This document shows positions 52,963-63,679 of a DNA stretch of 64,000 bases, one piece after another. The position numbers and the translations under genes were made by a program. Source of the DNA: Leptolyngbyaceae cyanobacterium (GTDB lineage: Bacteria > Cyanobacteriota > Cyanobacteriia > Phormidesmidales > Phormidesmidaceae). The stretch covers positions 32,001 through 96,000 of the forward strand of contig JBHJHA010000035.1 in assembly GCA_050331235.1 (NCBI GenBank), given 5' to 3'. Each line of letters opens with the position of its first letter. Position 1 is the first letter of the stretch. Below the pieces are notes generated by a model, which saw only the letters and a list, made by a program, of their open reading frames with translations, ran no database searches and was not told where the DNA came from.

Positions 52963-54924
52963 TCAAAAGGGGACGTCCTTGCCCGGAGATGAAGATGGCT
53001 TAGCCTGCCGCCCATTGCCAGCTTGGGTAGCTGGGTCAGCCGCTTCATCCTCCTCAAGGTTGACGATCTGACCGTTGAAAAACTCTGCAAAGCTTTTCAC
53101 CGCGCGGTCAATGTCTGACTCTGAACGCCAGTTTTGGGTGCCCGTGGGTGGAGGGGGCTCTGCGGCAGGTGTCGTGGGAGTCAGCGAGTCAACCCCAGAC
53201 GGAGAGTTGGCGATCGCCTCGGCAGGCGGCGGTGAAATTGCGGGAGCGCTCGTCGGTGATGGTGCTGGGGCAAGCGTCGTTGGCGTCGGGGCGGCTGGCG
53301 CTGGTGTCGGGGCCGCGCTACCGGGAGGGGCAGCCGCGACCTCTAAAGAAACTTTGACTGGCTGGTTGAGCAACTGCTGAAACGCGGCTTCGATATTGGG
53401 CAGTTTACTTTGGGCCATTTTAAGCAAGTTGTGGGACTTGATGCCCACTCGGGCAGCCCGACCGCTATAGCTGATCAAATGGCCTTGCTGCTGGAGCAGC
53501 GCCCGAGTGCCCATAGGTTTGACGTTGGCAATAATTTGCGTCCAGAGCGTGACCAAATCAGGGGTGCTCTCGGTGGCGTTGGGGGCGACTGGTGCTGGCT
53601 CTACTACCGGTTCTTCGGGTGGGGGGGATACCGCTGGCTGCGCCTCTGAGGCAGCGGGGCTGGGTGGGGGCGCTGAAGTAATAGTTGAAGCAGGGGGTGG
53701 AGTCGGCGGGGCTGGGGACACTGGAGCCGGCGGATCGGTGCGAGTTGTCGCTGCTTTTGGCGGCGCCGCTGGGCGTGGGGGCGCGGCAGCGACGGGAGCG
53801 GGCGCGATCGCCCCGACCGATGGCGTCGGGACCTGGGCAGAGGGCAGCAGACTCATTAATGTGACTTCCAGCCAGAGTCGCGGCTGAGTCGTGTTGCGCA
53901 GTTGAGTTTCAGCTTCACGCAAAGTTTTTTGTCCGGCCAGCAAAAGCGGCAGTGCCACCGACTGGCCAAATTCCTGCATGGCGGCCCAAGTAGGCGGCGT
54001 CACCGGCACCAAATCAGCCCGAGCCCCCGCTGTTTTGGCAATGATCAAATCGCGGTAAAACCCCGCGAGATTTTGCAGCACGACCATGGGCTCACGGCCT
54101 CGATCCATCAGCCGCCGGACCGTATCTAGCGTGGTGATGCTGTCATCGGCGGCGATCGCTTGCACCAGGGAGAGCAAGTCGCACTCGGGCACCGCCCCCA
54201 CCAAATCCCAAACTTTTTCCGCGTCGATCGGGGGCTCCAACAAACTGAGCTGGTCGAGTAAACTCTGGGCATCCCGTAGTCCCCCTTGGGCAATTTGCGA
54301 GACTAAGCGAATTGCCGCTTCGGTAATCTCGATGTCTTCCCGTTGAGCGATCGCCTGGAGATGAGTCACCATCGCCTCTAAGGGGATGCGGCGAAAGTCG
54401 AAGCGCTGGCAGCGGGAGATGATGGTTGGTAACACCCGCTGCGGATCCGTGGTGGCCAGCACAAAAATGACATGCTCAGGAGGTTCTTCTAGGGTCTTCA
54501 GCAGCGCATTGAACGCCGCCGTGCTGAGCATGTGGCACTCGTCAATGACGTACACCTTGTAGCGGCATTGCACGGGGGCAAACTGAGCCCGTTCAATCAG
54601 CTCCCGAATATTGTCAACGCCGGTATTGCTGGCGGCGTCAATTTCCACAATGTCGAGGATAGATCCGGTGCTGATGCCGCTACAGACCTCGCTCTGACCT
54701 CAGGGTTGGGGGGGCGGGGTGGATTGGTTGAGACAGTTCAATGACTTGGCGAGGATGCGCGCGCTGGAGGTTTTGCCCGTGCCCCGTGGGCCACAAAAGA
54801 GATAGGCTGGGGCGATGCGCTGCTGCTCTAAAGCGTGGCTGAGGGTTTGGGCGATCGCATCTTGTCCCACCAGCTCAGTGAAGGTTTGCGGTCGGTATTT
54901 GTGGTGCAGTGGCTCATATCCCAT
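52963..54924 (-). CDS. dnaX: DNA polymerase III subunit gamma/tau, with an in-frame TGA at 54700-54702
   Basis: [35 protein letters not shown]; the two ORF-track pieces are in one frame with 17 sense codons between them. Confidence 0.93.
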
Positions 54925-54977
54925 AGCTATACGATACCGGGAGAGTTGAGCCGACGTGGGAAAATCAGATAAAGGTT

Positions 54978-56621
54978 TTATGCGCTGTCTTGGGCGAGGA
55001 AGGCCTGCCAGTTTTGCAGCGCCGCCGCATCGGAAATCACGGCCCGCTGGAGCAATACCAACCCATTGTTGGCATCGATCAGTCCATACTGCTCACTCTC
55101 AATCAGACTGTTGATAAAAGGAACGAAGGTTTCATACCGATCGCGATCGCGACCAAACGCCACTTGATAACGCCGCAACCGCCAAAAGTCAGCGGCGATG
55201 TAGTTCACCGTTGTGGGGACACCGGCATCATTGGCGTAGTCTAGGCGGGGCATGCGCAATACAGCGCGCCGACCAGAGAGATGGGGCACGATGTAAGTGG
55301 AAGCGGTAACGCTGGCTTCAGCAGGAATTTGGGCCAGTAGGTTGTTGATCGCGCCGGCTCGCTGCCACTGGAGCGGTAGCGGCACATATACCCACGGCTG
55401 AAAGGAGTCGGGAATGGCAAAGGCAAAGGCCCGACTGGGATTAGCTAAAGGGACGATGATCAACGAGATAACGAGGCAAACGCTCCAAAATCGGCGAAAG
55501 TTGCGAGCAGGCGATCGCCCCGAAAGCGCTTCTAAAGGCTGACCAAACCGGCGTATCCCTTGTCCCGCCCACCACAGAATGGTGCCGTAAAACATCCCTG
55601 GAACGACATTTAGGGCATAGCGAATGCTGGTATCCAGGCCAGAATCACCGTCAGTCAAGGTCAGCTTGAGCAGTGGTGGCCCCGACATAATCCAGGTGGT
55701 GGGCGATAGTGCTGGAATGAACGCCAGCGGCAGCCAGTGACCTACCAGATACTCCACCGTGCCGCCCAGGGGTGAAAAGAGCTCTCTGATTAACAGTCCT
55801 GGCTGGGAGATCATGGCCCAGATGACCTGCAAGGTAGAGGCTTCTTCGCGATCGATGTATTGCCCAAACTCCTCGATCATGAAGCGCTTGGAAATATCGT
55901 CGGAAAAGAGGGGCATCAGAACGTTGGTCACCAACACAAAATAGCCAACGCTCAGCCCACACACTCCTAGGCCCAGCCAGGGATGGCGACGACTGGTCAA
56001 GAGATAGGCCCCCACACCAAAGAGGGCGATCGCGCTATCCTCGCGCACCGCCAAAATCGCGATGCACAACAGCCCTACCAATCCCCAACGCCGATACTCC
56101 ATCGCCAATAGCAGGCCGAAAATAAACAAGGGAATTTGTCCCAGGTCATGGAAGTTAGCGAGATAAGGATTCAGCACGGCGATCGCGCCGTAAAAGCTCA
56201 CCATGATCGCTAGCGACAAGCGATGGACTAGGTGCTTGCGCGCCAGGCCGTACAGCAGCAGTCCTGCAATTGTGGCAAAAGCCGCCTGCAAGATTGACAA
56301 GGTCACCGGTGAGGGAAGCAGGCGATAAATCGGCCACCAAATCAGTAGAGCTGGGGTAAAGTGTTGCCCCAATCGGCGATAGTCGACCCGCGGCAGCTCA
56401 CCCCCATGGATGACGTTTGTCGACAACTGTGACGACAGTGTGCTTTGAAAGAAGTTGCCGTGGGCGTTGTTCCAAAACACTTGGTTGAAAATGCCCTGGT
56501 CGTAGGAGGCGTAATAGGTGAAATAGCGGTGCAGCAACAACCCGGCCATGAGTAGAAAAAAGCCCAGGGCGATCGCCATGACTCGCCGTGTATCCGCTTC
56601 TTTACGCCAACTCAACAACAT
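54978..56621 (-). CDS. DUF2079 family GT-C-like membrane protein
   Basis: [23 protein letters not shown]; many TM segments. Confidence 0.8.
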   Translation of the reverse strand: MLLSWRKEADTRRVMAIALGFFLLMAGLLLHRYFTYYASYDQGIFNQVFWNNAHGNFFQSTLSSQLSTNVIHGGELPRVDYRRLGQHFTPALLIWWPIYRLLPSPVTLSILQAAFATIAGLLLYGLARKHLVHRLSLAIMVSFYGAIAVLNPYLANFHDLGQIPLFIFGLLLAMEYRRWGLVGLLCIAILAVREDSAIALFGVGAYLLTSRRHPWLGLGVCGLSVGYFVLVTNVLMPLFSDDISKRFMIEEFGQYIDREEASTLQVIWAMISQPGLLIRELFSPLGGTVEYLVGHWLPLAFIPALSPTTWIMSGPPLLKLTLTDGDSGLDTSIRYALNVVPGMFYGTILWWAGQGIRRFGQPLEALSGRSPARNFRRFWSVCLVISLIIVPLANPSRAFAFAIPDSFQPWVYVPLPLQWQRAGAINNLLAQIPAEASVTASTYIVPHLSGRRAVLRMPRLDYANDAGVPTTVNYIAADFWRLRRYQVAFGRDRDRYETFVPFINSLIESEQYGLIDANNGLVLLQRAVISDAAALQNWQAFLAQDSA

Positions 56622-56855
56622 GCTGTGACTGCCAATCTGTATTGATGGAAAAACGCCTGCTCCGTAGAATAGCGTTTCTTTGACTGCCCCCTTACAAAAT
56701 GTATGAATGTGTGGGGCGGTATCTCAGTTACGGAGTCCAGGATGAACCCCCATTCCCCGTTGAGTTCCTCTACTGCTTGTTGCCCATTGTAGTGCTGTTA
56801 GCAGGAATAATTGCGGAGCTGATATAAGGTGAGCGGTAATGCAATGAGCCGGGCA

Positions 56856-57350
56856 ATGAGCAACTATCCAAGAGCGTTCTCACATATCGGGATTTCTGTA
56901 CCCAATGTCGAACAGGCCGTTGAGTTTTATCAGGCGGTCATGGGGTGGTATCTGATTATGCGACCAACCGTGATCACCGAAGAGTCGGCCACTTCTATCG
57001 GTCAGATGTGCATAGATGTCTTTGGCACTGGCTGGGGATCATTCAAAATCGCGCACATGTCTACTGGCGACAGAATTGGCGTGGAAATGTTTGAGTTTCA
57101 GAACAATGAGAAACCAACGGATTTTGAGTACTGGAAAACCAGCACATTTCATTTTTGTATACAGGATCCAGATATTGAAGGTCTAGTGGAAAAAATTGTT
57201 GCCCACGGTGGTAAACAACGCATGCCTATTCGTGAATACTATCCCGGCGAAAAGCCATACCGCATGGTTTACGTCGAAGATCCATTTGGCCTCATTTTTG
57301 AAGTTTATTCCCATAGCTACGAACTGACCTACTCGCAAGGCGCTTATTGA
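56856..57350 (+). CDS. VOC/glyoxalase (lactoylglutathione lyase-like) protein
   Basis: FSHIGISVP, VEMFEF, FHFC, EDPFG..FE. Confidence 0.88.
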   Translation: MSNYPRAFSHIGISVPNVEQAVEFYQAVMGWYLIMRPTVITEESATSIGQMCIDVFGTGWGSFKIAHMSTGDRIGVEMFEFQNNEKPTDFEYWKTSTFHFCIQDPDIEGLVEKIVAHGGKQRMPIREYYPGEKPYRMVYVEDPFGLIFEVYSHSYELTYSQGAY

Positions 57351-57499
57351 CAAGACCGTTTCTCACGTAGATTCTCTCTGTGATTGGATAATTGGCTCGC
57401 AATATCGAGGTATGGCCGGGTTTGACTAAGTAGGACAGATTTCCCTGGAGAAGCGGCTTGGTCGTCTAGGATGGGGAGAGATCTGAAGTTGGCATCGGC

Positions 57500-59269
57500 A
57501 TGGCGCGTTCAAATCAGTCTGCCCAGGGAAACTGGCATCTCAAGAAACTGGGGGAATATCTGCGCCCCCATTGGAAGCAACTAGGCTTAGGGATCGCTGC
57601 GCTTTTGCTAGTCAACCTTGTCGGCGTGCGGATTCCGCTATTGATTCGTGATGGTATTGACGAGCTGCAGGTCACCTTTAGCTTTAACCAGATTGCTTAC
57701 TACGCCATTGTGGTGCTAGTGCTGGCGTCATTAATGTGGGTCATGCGTATGGCCTCTCGTATCTGGATTTTTGGGGTGGGGCGGCAAGTCGAGTTTGATC
57801 TAAAGCAGCGCATCTTTGAACATTTGCTCAAGATGGAGCCCAGTTACTTCGCCACCAATACCATTGGCGAACTCATCAGTCGGGCAACTAGCGATGTGGA
57901 TAATGTGCGGCGCTTAGTCGGATTTGCGGTGCTGAGTCTAGCGAATACGCTATTTGCCTATGCCTTTACTGTGCCGGTGATGCTGTCACTCAGCGTACGG
58001 TTGACTGTCGTGGCTTTAGTGGTTTACCCGGTGATGTTGATCTTAGTGCGGTTGTTTAGCGATCGCCTCCGCAACCAGCAGCTCCGGGTGCAGCAGTCAA
58101 CGTCGCGGCTTAGCGAACTGATTCAGGAAGATCTCAGTGGCATCTCGCTGATTAAGATCTATGCCCAGGAAGAAAACGAGCGCCAGGCCTTTGCTGAGCT
58201 CAATGACGATTTGCTCGACGCCAACCTCACCCTAGCCCGGACCCGGAATACCTTGTTTCCCTTGCTGGGCGGCCTAGCAAGTATTAGCCTACTGTTGATT
58301 CTGGCGACGGGGGCCGGAGCGATTGCCGACGGCTTCCTGTCCGTTGGTGACTTCGTAGCCATGGTGTTATATGTGGAGCGGCTGGTCTTTCCCACTGCGC
58401 TGCTGGGCTTTACGATTACGGCCTATCAGCGGGGCGAGGTCAGTATTGACCGGGTCGAGGCGATTCTCGCGAGTGAGCCCAAGATTTTTGATGCCTCGAC
58501 TGCGCAGCCGCTGCCGGAAATAATCCAGGGACGGCTGCAGGCAAAGGATTTGAGCTTTGCCTATGCTGATGGCTCGGTGCCTGCGTTGAATGGTGTTTCG
58601 TTTACCATTCAGCCGGGGGAAACGGTTGCTATTGTGGGACCGATTGGTTCAGGCAAGTCGACTTTGGCGAATGCCCTACCGCGACTGCTCGACATTGAGC
58701 CGGGGCAGATTTTCCTCGACGGTCAGGACATTACGGACATGCCGCTGGCCAATTTGCGCTCTGCGATCGCCTACGTTCCCCAGGAGAGCTTTCTCTTTAG
58801 CACCACCATTAATAACAACATTCGCTATGGCGAACCGTTGGCCGAATTAGCAGAGGTTCAACACGCGGCCAAACTGTCTCAAATCGCGCCGGAAATTGAC
58901 AACTTTCCCAAGCAATATGACACCGTTGTTGGCGAACGGGGCATTACACTATCGGGCGGGCAGCGACAGCGCTCAGCCCTGGCGCGGGCGCTGATATTAG
59001 AAGCACCTGTTGTCGTGCTAGATGATGCCCTTTCCAGTGTTGACAATCAAACCGCCACCGATATTTTGAACAACCTCAAAACGGGAACGCAAAATCAAAC
59101 GGTGATTTTTATCTCCCATCAAATGGGCGTGGCGGCTCTGTCTGATCGCATCATGGTGATGGATCAAGGGAAAATCGCTCAGATCGGCACCCATGACGAG
59201 CTTGTGCGACAGCCGGGGCTGTATCAGGAACTCTGGGAGCAGCACAAGCTGGAAGAAGTGCTGCTGTAG
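57500..59269 (+). CDS. ABC exporter, fused TMD-NBD (MdlA-like)
   Basis: Multiple TM helices, GPIGSGKST, LSGGQ, VLDDALS. Confidence 0.95.
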   Translation: MARSNQSAQGNWHLKKLGEYLRPHWKQLGLGIAALLLVNLVGVRIPLLIRDGIDELQVTFSFNQIAYYAIVVLVLASLMWVMRMASRIWIFGVGRQVEFDLKQRIFEHLLKMEPSYFATNTIGELISRATSDVDNVRRLVGFAVLSLANTLFAYAFTVPVMLSLSVRLTVVALVVYPVMLILVRLFSDRLRNQQLRVQQSTSRLSELIQEDLSGISLIKIYAQEENERQAFAELNDDLLDANLTLARTRNTLFPLLGGLASISLLLILATGAGAIADGFLSVGDFVAMVLYVERLVFPTALLGFTITAYQRGEVSIDRVEAILASEPKIFDASTAQPLPEIIQGRLQAKDLSFAYADGSVPALNGVSFTIQPGETVAIVGPIGSGKSTLANALPRLLDIEPGQIFLDGQDITDMPLANLRSAIAYVPQESFLFSTTINNNIRYGEPLAELAEVQHAAKLSQIAPEIDNFPKQYDTVVGERGITLSGGQRQRSALARALILEAPVVVLDDALSSVDNQTATDILNNLKTGTQNQTVIFISHQMGVAALSDRIMVMDQGKIAQIGTHDELVRQPGLYQELWEQHKLEEVLL

Positions 59270-59394
59270 GACTTTGGGGTGACTAAGGGAGGCGATTGCG
59301 CGGCTGCCCCGGTCTAGAAAAAATGTGTGTATTTCGCCGCTTCTGGTCGAGGGGCTTGCACAATAGGAGCGATTGGTGTTGTGCCTAATGGGCG

Positions 59395-60306
59395 ATGCTT
59401 ATGCAACGGTTGCGACGATTTTGTTTGGCCTTGGGGGTTGGTTTAGGGCTGACGCTACTTTTGTCTCTGGGTAGCTGCAACCAAAGCGCCACTGTGTCTG
59501 GTGGTCCTAGTCGGTTAGTGATCGGGGTCGTAAGCTATAACCAAGGCGTTGACTCTGTTGAGGCCTACGCGCCATTTGAGCAATATTTAGAAGAAGCGTT
59601 GGGCACCCAAGTCGAGTTTGAGCCGGTCTTTAATGAACTTCGCGCGGTGGAACAGATTGAGTCCCAGGCTTGGGACTTGGCTTTTGCGCCAGCGGGGTTG
59701 GCGGCGATCGCCGTCGATGATGCCCAATATGTGCCGCTATTTCCGCTCCAGGGCAACCCAAAACAGCGATCGCTCGTTATCGTCCCGACGGAGAGTAACG
59801 CTCAAACTTTGTCTGACTTGGCCAATCAGGCGATCGCCCTGGGTGAACCGGGCTCCGCTACTGGCTACTACCTGCCCCTCTATGACCTGTATGGCATGAC
59901 GTTAGCCGAGATTCGCTTTGCCCCAACGCCTAAAACTGTGCTGGACTGGGTCGATACCGAGGACGTGGCTGCCGGAGCCCTGTCAGAAGAAAACTTTCAG
60001 CAATATCGTAATGGATTCGACACCGGTCGCTTTCGGGTGCTGCACGAGACCCGCGTGGTCAATAACGGGGCCGTATTGTTGAGTCCGGCGATCGAGCGCA
60101 ATCAGCAGCGGTTGATCGAGGATGCGATGCAGGCAGCGCCTTCCAACATTGCGTTTGATGCTGGCTATATCGCCAATGCACCGCCTCCGGCCTTTGACCA
60201 ACTGATCCAACTGGTTGATAAAGTCCGCCCGTTGGAAAAGCAGGTGCAGCAGCAACCCGCTGTTCTCACTCTTGATACCGCTACGCCGGCCGCTAACGGT
60301 GAATAA
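59395..60306 (+). CDS. PhnD/SsuA-type substrate-binding lipoprotein
   Basis: Lipobox LGS-C, WDLAF, GSATGYYLP. Confidence 0.85.
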   Translation: MLMQRLRRFCLALGVGLGLTLLLSLGSCNQSATVSGGPSRLVIGVVSYNQGVDSVEAYAPFEQYLEEALGTQVEFEPVFNELRAVEQIESQAWDLAFAPAGLAAIAVDDAQYVPLFPLQGNPKQRSLVIVPTESNAQTLSDLANQAIALGEPGSATGYYLPLYDLYGMTLAEIRFAPTPKTVLDWVDTEDVAAGALSEENFQQYRNGFDTGRFRVLHETRVVNNGAVLLSPAIERNQQRLIEDAMQAAPSNIAFDAGYIANAPPPAFDQLIQLVDKVRPLEKQVQQQPAVLTLDTATPAANGE

Positions 60307-60577
60307 ATGGAAACTGGCGATCGCTCGTCCGATTCGCCATTGTGTGGGCTTGTGGACAAAACGGATGAGTCAACACAACATTTAGGAACGCATGAGCTAC
60401 GGTATGGAAATAGTGGGGAACGGTAGCCGGGCCAGGCAATGCATTTACCCCTATCCTTAAGCCCACTTTTTTAACTGGCCTATCGGTTAGCGTTAGCAAA
60501 TCCAAGTATCAGGGTTGAAGTATCGAGTATTGACACTGATCTCTTAGAGGTCTGGCACTGGCTGATCCTACCTGACC

Positions 60578-62749
60578 ATGAATCATTCCCTTTCTGACAA
60601 CTCTCAGGGACAGCGCACCCTGGCGGCGATTATTTTGACCGATGCGGTCGGCTTTAGCGCGCGGATGTCTGTGGATGAGGAGAATACCCTCAATCTGATT
60701 CATCGTGATTTGGGTCTGATGGAGGCCTTGTGCAAACGCTTTGAAGGGCGAGTTATCAAGTCCACCGGCGATGGCCTATTGATGTGCTTTTCGAGTGCTG
60801 TGCAGGCGGTGAGCTGTAGCTTGGAAATGCAGCATCAACTGGCTGCAGCCTATCAAGCGGTGACGGTAGATGAGCAACTGCAGCATCGCATTGGCGTTCA
60901 CCTGGGCGATGTCTTTTTTAAGAATGATGACGTCATGGGCAATGGTGTTAACATTGCGGCCCGATTACAAACGGAAGCTCATCCGGGGGGAATTTGCATT
61001 TCTCAAATTGTTTACGATGTGGTGAAGTCACGGCTCGACCTCAACGCTACCTATGCGGGGCCGCTGCACTTAAAAAATATTCACGACCCTCAACCGGCTT
61101 ACCATATTGACCCTTTCAACAAAGCTGAGGTGTCACCCTCCCAGATGCCGACCATGCGGGAGGGGAGCGACGCAATGGTGGCTCCACGCAGTGAACGATC
61201 GCCAGTAACCCACCGCGCAAAACTGGGTCCCGGTTGTATGGTGGGCGGCCGCTACGAGATTCAGCGGATTTTGGGGCAGGGGGGGTTTGGCCGGTCATAC
61301 TTGGTCGAAGATTCCCAACGGTTTGGTGAAAACTGTGTGTTGAAGGAGTTCTTTCCCCGCAATGCCTCGAAGCGATCGCAGCAAAAGGCCCTTGACCTAT
61401 TCAAACGAGAGGCCAAAACCCTCTATCAAATCAATCACCCCCAGGTGCCTAAGTTTCTGGCGGGGTTTACCCAAGAGCAGCGGCTGTTCATCGTGCAGGA
61501 ATATGTCGATGGCGTCACCTATTCCCACTTGCTCAAGGAGCGGAAGCGCAACGGGCGAGTTTTTTCTGAGCTTGAGGTGAAGCGCTGGCTCATTCACATG
61601 CTACAGGTGCTGGACTATTTGCATGGTCTCAACATCGTGCACCGCGATATCTCGCCTGACAACGTGATGTACTGCCGCGAACGAGACCTGCCCATCTTGA
61701 TTGACTTTGGTCTGGTCAATGATGCGATGAACGAGATTTTGTCAGGTGAAGTGGATGATGACGATTCACCCCGCTCCGCTACGGTGGTGGGCAAGTTTGG
61801 CTACTCACCACCGGAGCAAATCCAGCTAGGCCAGTGCTTTCCCTGTAGCGACCTCTATGCATTGGGGGTGACTGCGGTGGTGCTGCTCACGGGACGTTAC
61901 CCCCGCGAACTGATGGATCGCAACACTTTGGAGTGGCACTGGGAAGACCATGTGTCACTCAGTTACCCGTTTACGGGATTGCTCGACAAGCTGATGCATC
62001 GGCAGCCCCAAGAGCGGTTTCAATCTGCCCAGGCCGTGCTAGAGGCCTTGACGCCACTGCTGGATGCCGATGAGGTGAGTTCGCCCCTGCCCCAGTCAAT
62101 GCTGACCATGACCCGCATTGACCTATCTCCGGATCCTCAAGCAGCTCCAGAGTTCAACGCGCCGATGCAGTTGGGCCGCCCCTCGATGTTACAAAATGAG
62201 GCGTTTGTTGAGCGCTGCCGCCAAGAGCTCACACGCTGCATTGGGCCAATGGCAACCCTCATTGTGGAGGATACGATTGACCAATATCCCGATGCTAGCC
62301 CCCATGAACTAGTGGAAATCTTGGCCGCTCAGCTCTCTGATGGTAAGCAGGCGGAGCAGTTTGTGAGCAATGTCCACATCGCCCCGTCTACCCCTGCTGG
62401 CCGGAGCGACCTCACGGTCAATCAATCAGCCTCGCGATCGCCCAATACCCAACAGCTCTCGAGTAAAGCGGTCCGTCCTAGTGACATTCCCTCGGCGGAG
62501 CTGGCGGTCAGCGGCGACCCTGCAGCCACACCAATAAATTCTCAGCCTGCGTCTGGGTTGAGTTCAGACTTCATTGACCGCTGTCGACAAACCTTGGTGC
62601 GCTGTGTGGGGCCGATGGCAACCATGCTCCTCGAGGATGCCCTGTTCGATTATTCCCATCTAGGGCCGCAGGCGTTTGTCGAACAGCTAGCGCGAGAAAT
62701 TCCCGATCCGAAAAAGGCCCAGGAATTTCAGCAGCAACTATTGGGATAA
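60578..62749 (+). CDS. Class III nucleotide cyclase - Hanks Ser/Thr kinase fusion with a duplicated C-terminal domain
   Basis: Cyclase: TDAVGFS, KSTGDG, RIGVHLGD, VNIAARL; kinase: GQGGFG, VLKE, HRDISPDN, DFG, PPE, SDLYALG. Confidence 0.92.
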   Translation: MNHSLSDNSQGQRTLAAIILTDAVGFSARMSVDEENTLNLIHRDLGLMEALCKRFEGRVIKSTGDGLLMCFSSAVQAVSCSLEMQHQLAAAYQAVTVDEQLQHRIGVHLGDVFFKNDDVMGNGVNIAARLQTEAHPGGICISQIVYDVVKSRLDLNATYAGPLHLKNIHDPQPAYHIDPFNKAEVSPSQMPTMREGSDAMVAPRSERSPVTHRAKLGPGCMVGGRYEIQRILGQGGFGRSYLVEDSQRFGENCVLKEFFPRNASKRSQQKALDLFKREAKTLYQINHPQVPKFLAGFTQEQRLFIVQEYVDGVTYSHLLKERKRNGRVFSELEVKRWLIHMLQVLDYLHGLNIVHRDISPDNVMYCRERDLPILIDFGLVNDAMNEILSGEVDDDDSPRSATVVGKFGYSPPEQIQLGQCFPCSDLYALGVTAVVLLTGRYPRELMDRNTLEWHWEDHVSLSYPFTGLLDKLMHRQPQERFQSAQAVLEALTPLLDADEVSSPLPQSMLTMTRIDLSPDPQAAPEFNAPMQLGRPSMLQNEAFVERCRQELTRCIGPMATLIVEDTIDQYPDASPHELVEILAAQLSDGKQAEQFVSNVHIAPSTPAGRSDLTVNQSASRSPNTQQLSSKAVRPSDIPSAELAVSGDPAATPINSQPASGLSSDFIDRCRQTLVRCVGPMATMLLEDALFDYSHLGPQAFVEQLAREIPDPKKAQEFQQQLLG

Positions 62750-63679
62750 ATCATTGGCAGAGCTGCCCCGGCGACCTTCGCGGTAGCGCTCGAGCCGCTG
62801 CATCGCCATCTGCAGGCTCAGTCGCATTCGATTGAAAGCCTCAGCCAGTTTGCCCACTTCGTCTTGGGAGTCTTGGGTAAATTCGGCTTCGGTATCGCCC
62901 ATGCTGACTGCCTCAGCGACCTGGGCCATACGGTTGAGCGGCCGCACCACAAACCGCTTGAGCCAGAGATTAACTAAAATAATCGCGATCGCAAACGCGA
63001 TAACAAAGATGCCCAAAATCAACAGTAGCGACTGCCGAGCCCCACGGATGACGCGTTCTGCCGGGACGGAAATCATTTGCGCCCCAACGATTTCATCTAG
63101 TTCCCAATTGAACCCGTTGTCCGGACCGTAGCGCTCGATCATGCTGGCAGGAGCGGCTTCGGGGATGCTATGACATTCTAAGCAGCTCTGCTGTTGGATC
63201 TGAATGGGGCGAGCGATGTAATACAAGTCCCCCGCTGGTGTGCTTCGAAATCCACTGACTTGGGTAGCCTGATTGGTATTTTGACGAAAGTTATTGACGA
63301 TCGCCGCTTCAAAGGCGTCGGCTTTGTCCCTCAGATTAGTCGGGTTCAAGGTTGCTTCTTTGTAAAAGAAATCGCCGTATTCCGGATTGAGACGAAAGGT
63401 CTCAAATACCTCACGGGCCGAGTAAGCAGGGACACTTTCTGGTAAAAACTCAGCTTCGAGGCGATCAGCGATTTCCGGTTTGACGTGGTCGTTGGTGTAG
63501 GTGCGGATGGAGTTCATGGTTTCCATCAGCATCAGGGCTTTGGTGGTGAGTTGGCCTTGGGTACTCCGATTGAGCACCGAAGACAGCGCCAGGCTGCTTG
63601 CCAGCACTCCCCCTAAGAAAACCAGCACCAGCAAAAGCGTAAACTTTTGACCTAATTGCAAATTTTTGAGCTTTATCAT
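62738..63679 (-). CDS. DUF3365 (heme c) - HAMP membrane protein with no output domain
   Basis: TM1, YKEATLNPTN, CLECH, TM2, HAMP (RPLNRM...DEVGKLAEAFNRM), then a short tail. Confidence 0.88.
   Translation of the reverse strand: MIKLKNLQLGQKFTLLLVLVFLGGVLASSLALSSVLNRSTQGQLTTKALMLMETMNSIRTYTNDHVKPEIADRLEAEFLPESVPAYSAREVFETFRLNPEYGDFFYKEATLNPTNLRDKADAFEAAIVNNFRQNTNQATQVSGFRSTPAGDLYYIARPIQIQQQSCLECHSIPEAAPASMIERYGPDNGFNWELDEIVGAQMISVPAERVIRGARQSLLLILGIFVIAFAIAIILVNLWLKRFVVRPLNRMAQVAEAVSMGDTEAEFTQDSQDEVGKLAEAFNRMRLSLQMAMQRLERYREGRRGSSANDLSQ

Noticed and set aside
53100..53850. Low-complexity GC-rich tract with several antisense ORFs
   Set aside because: Explained by the Pro/Ala-rich linkers of DnaX
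54520..54560. Intein in dnaX
   Set aside because: IDECHMLS is continuous, with no insertion
54649..54702. Programmed frameshift splitting dnaX
   Set aside because: Both pieces are in the same frame; the break is a single stop codon
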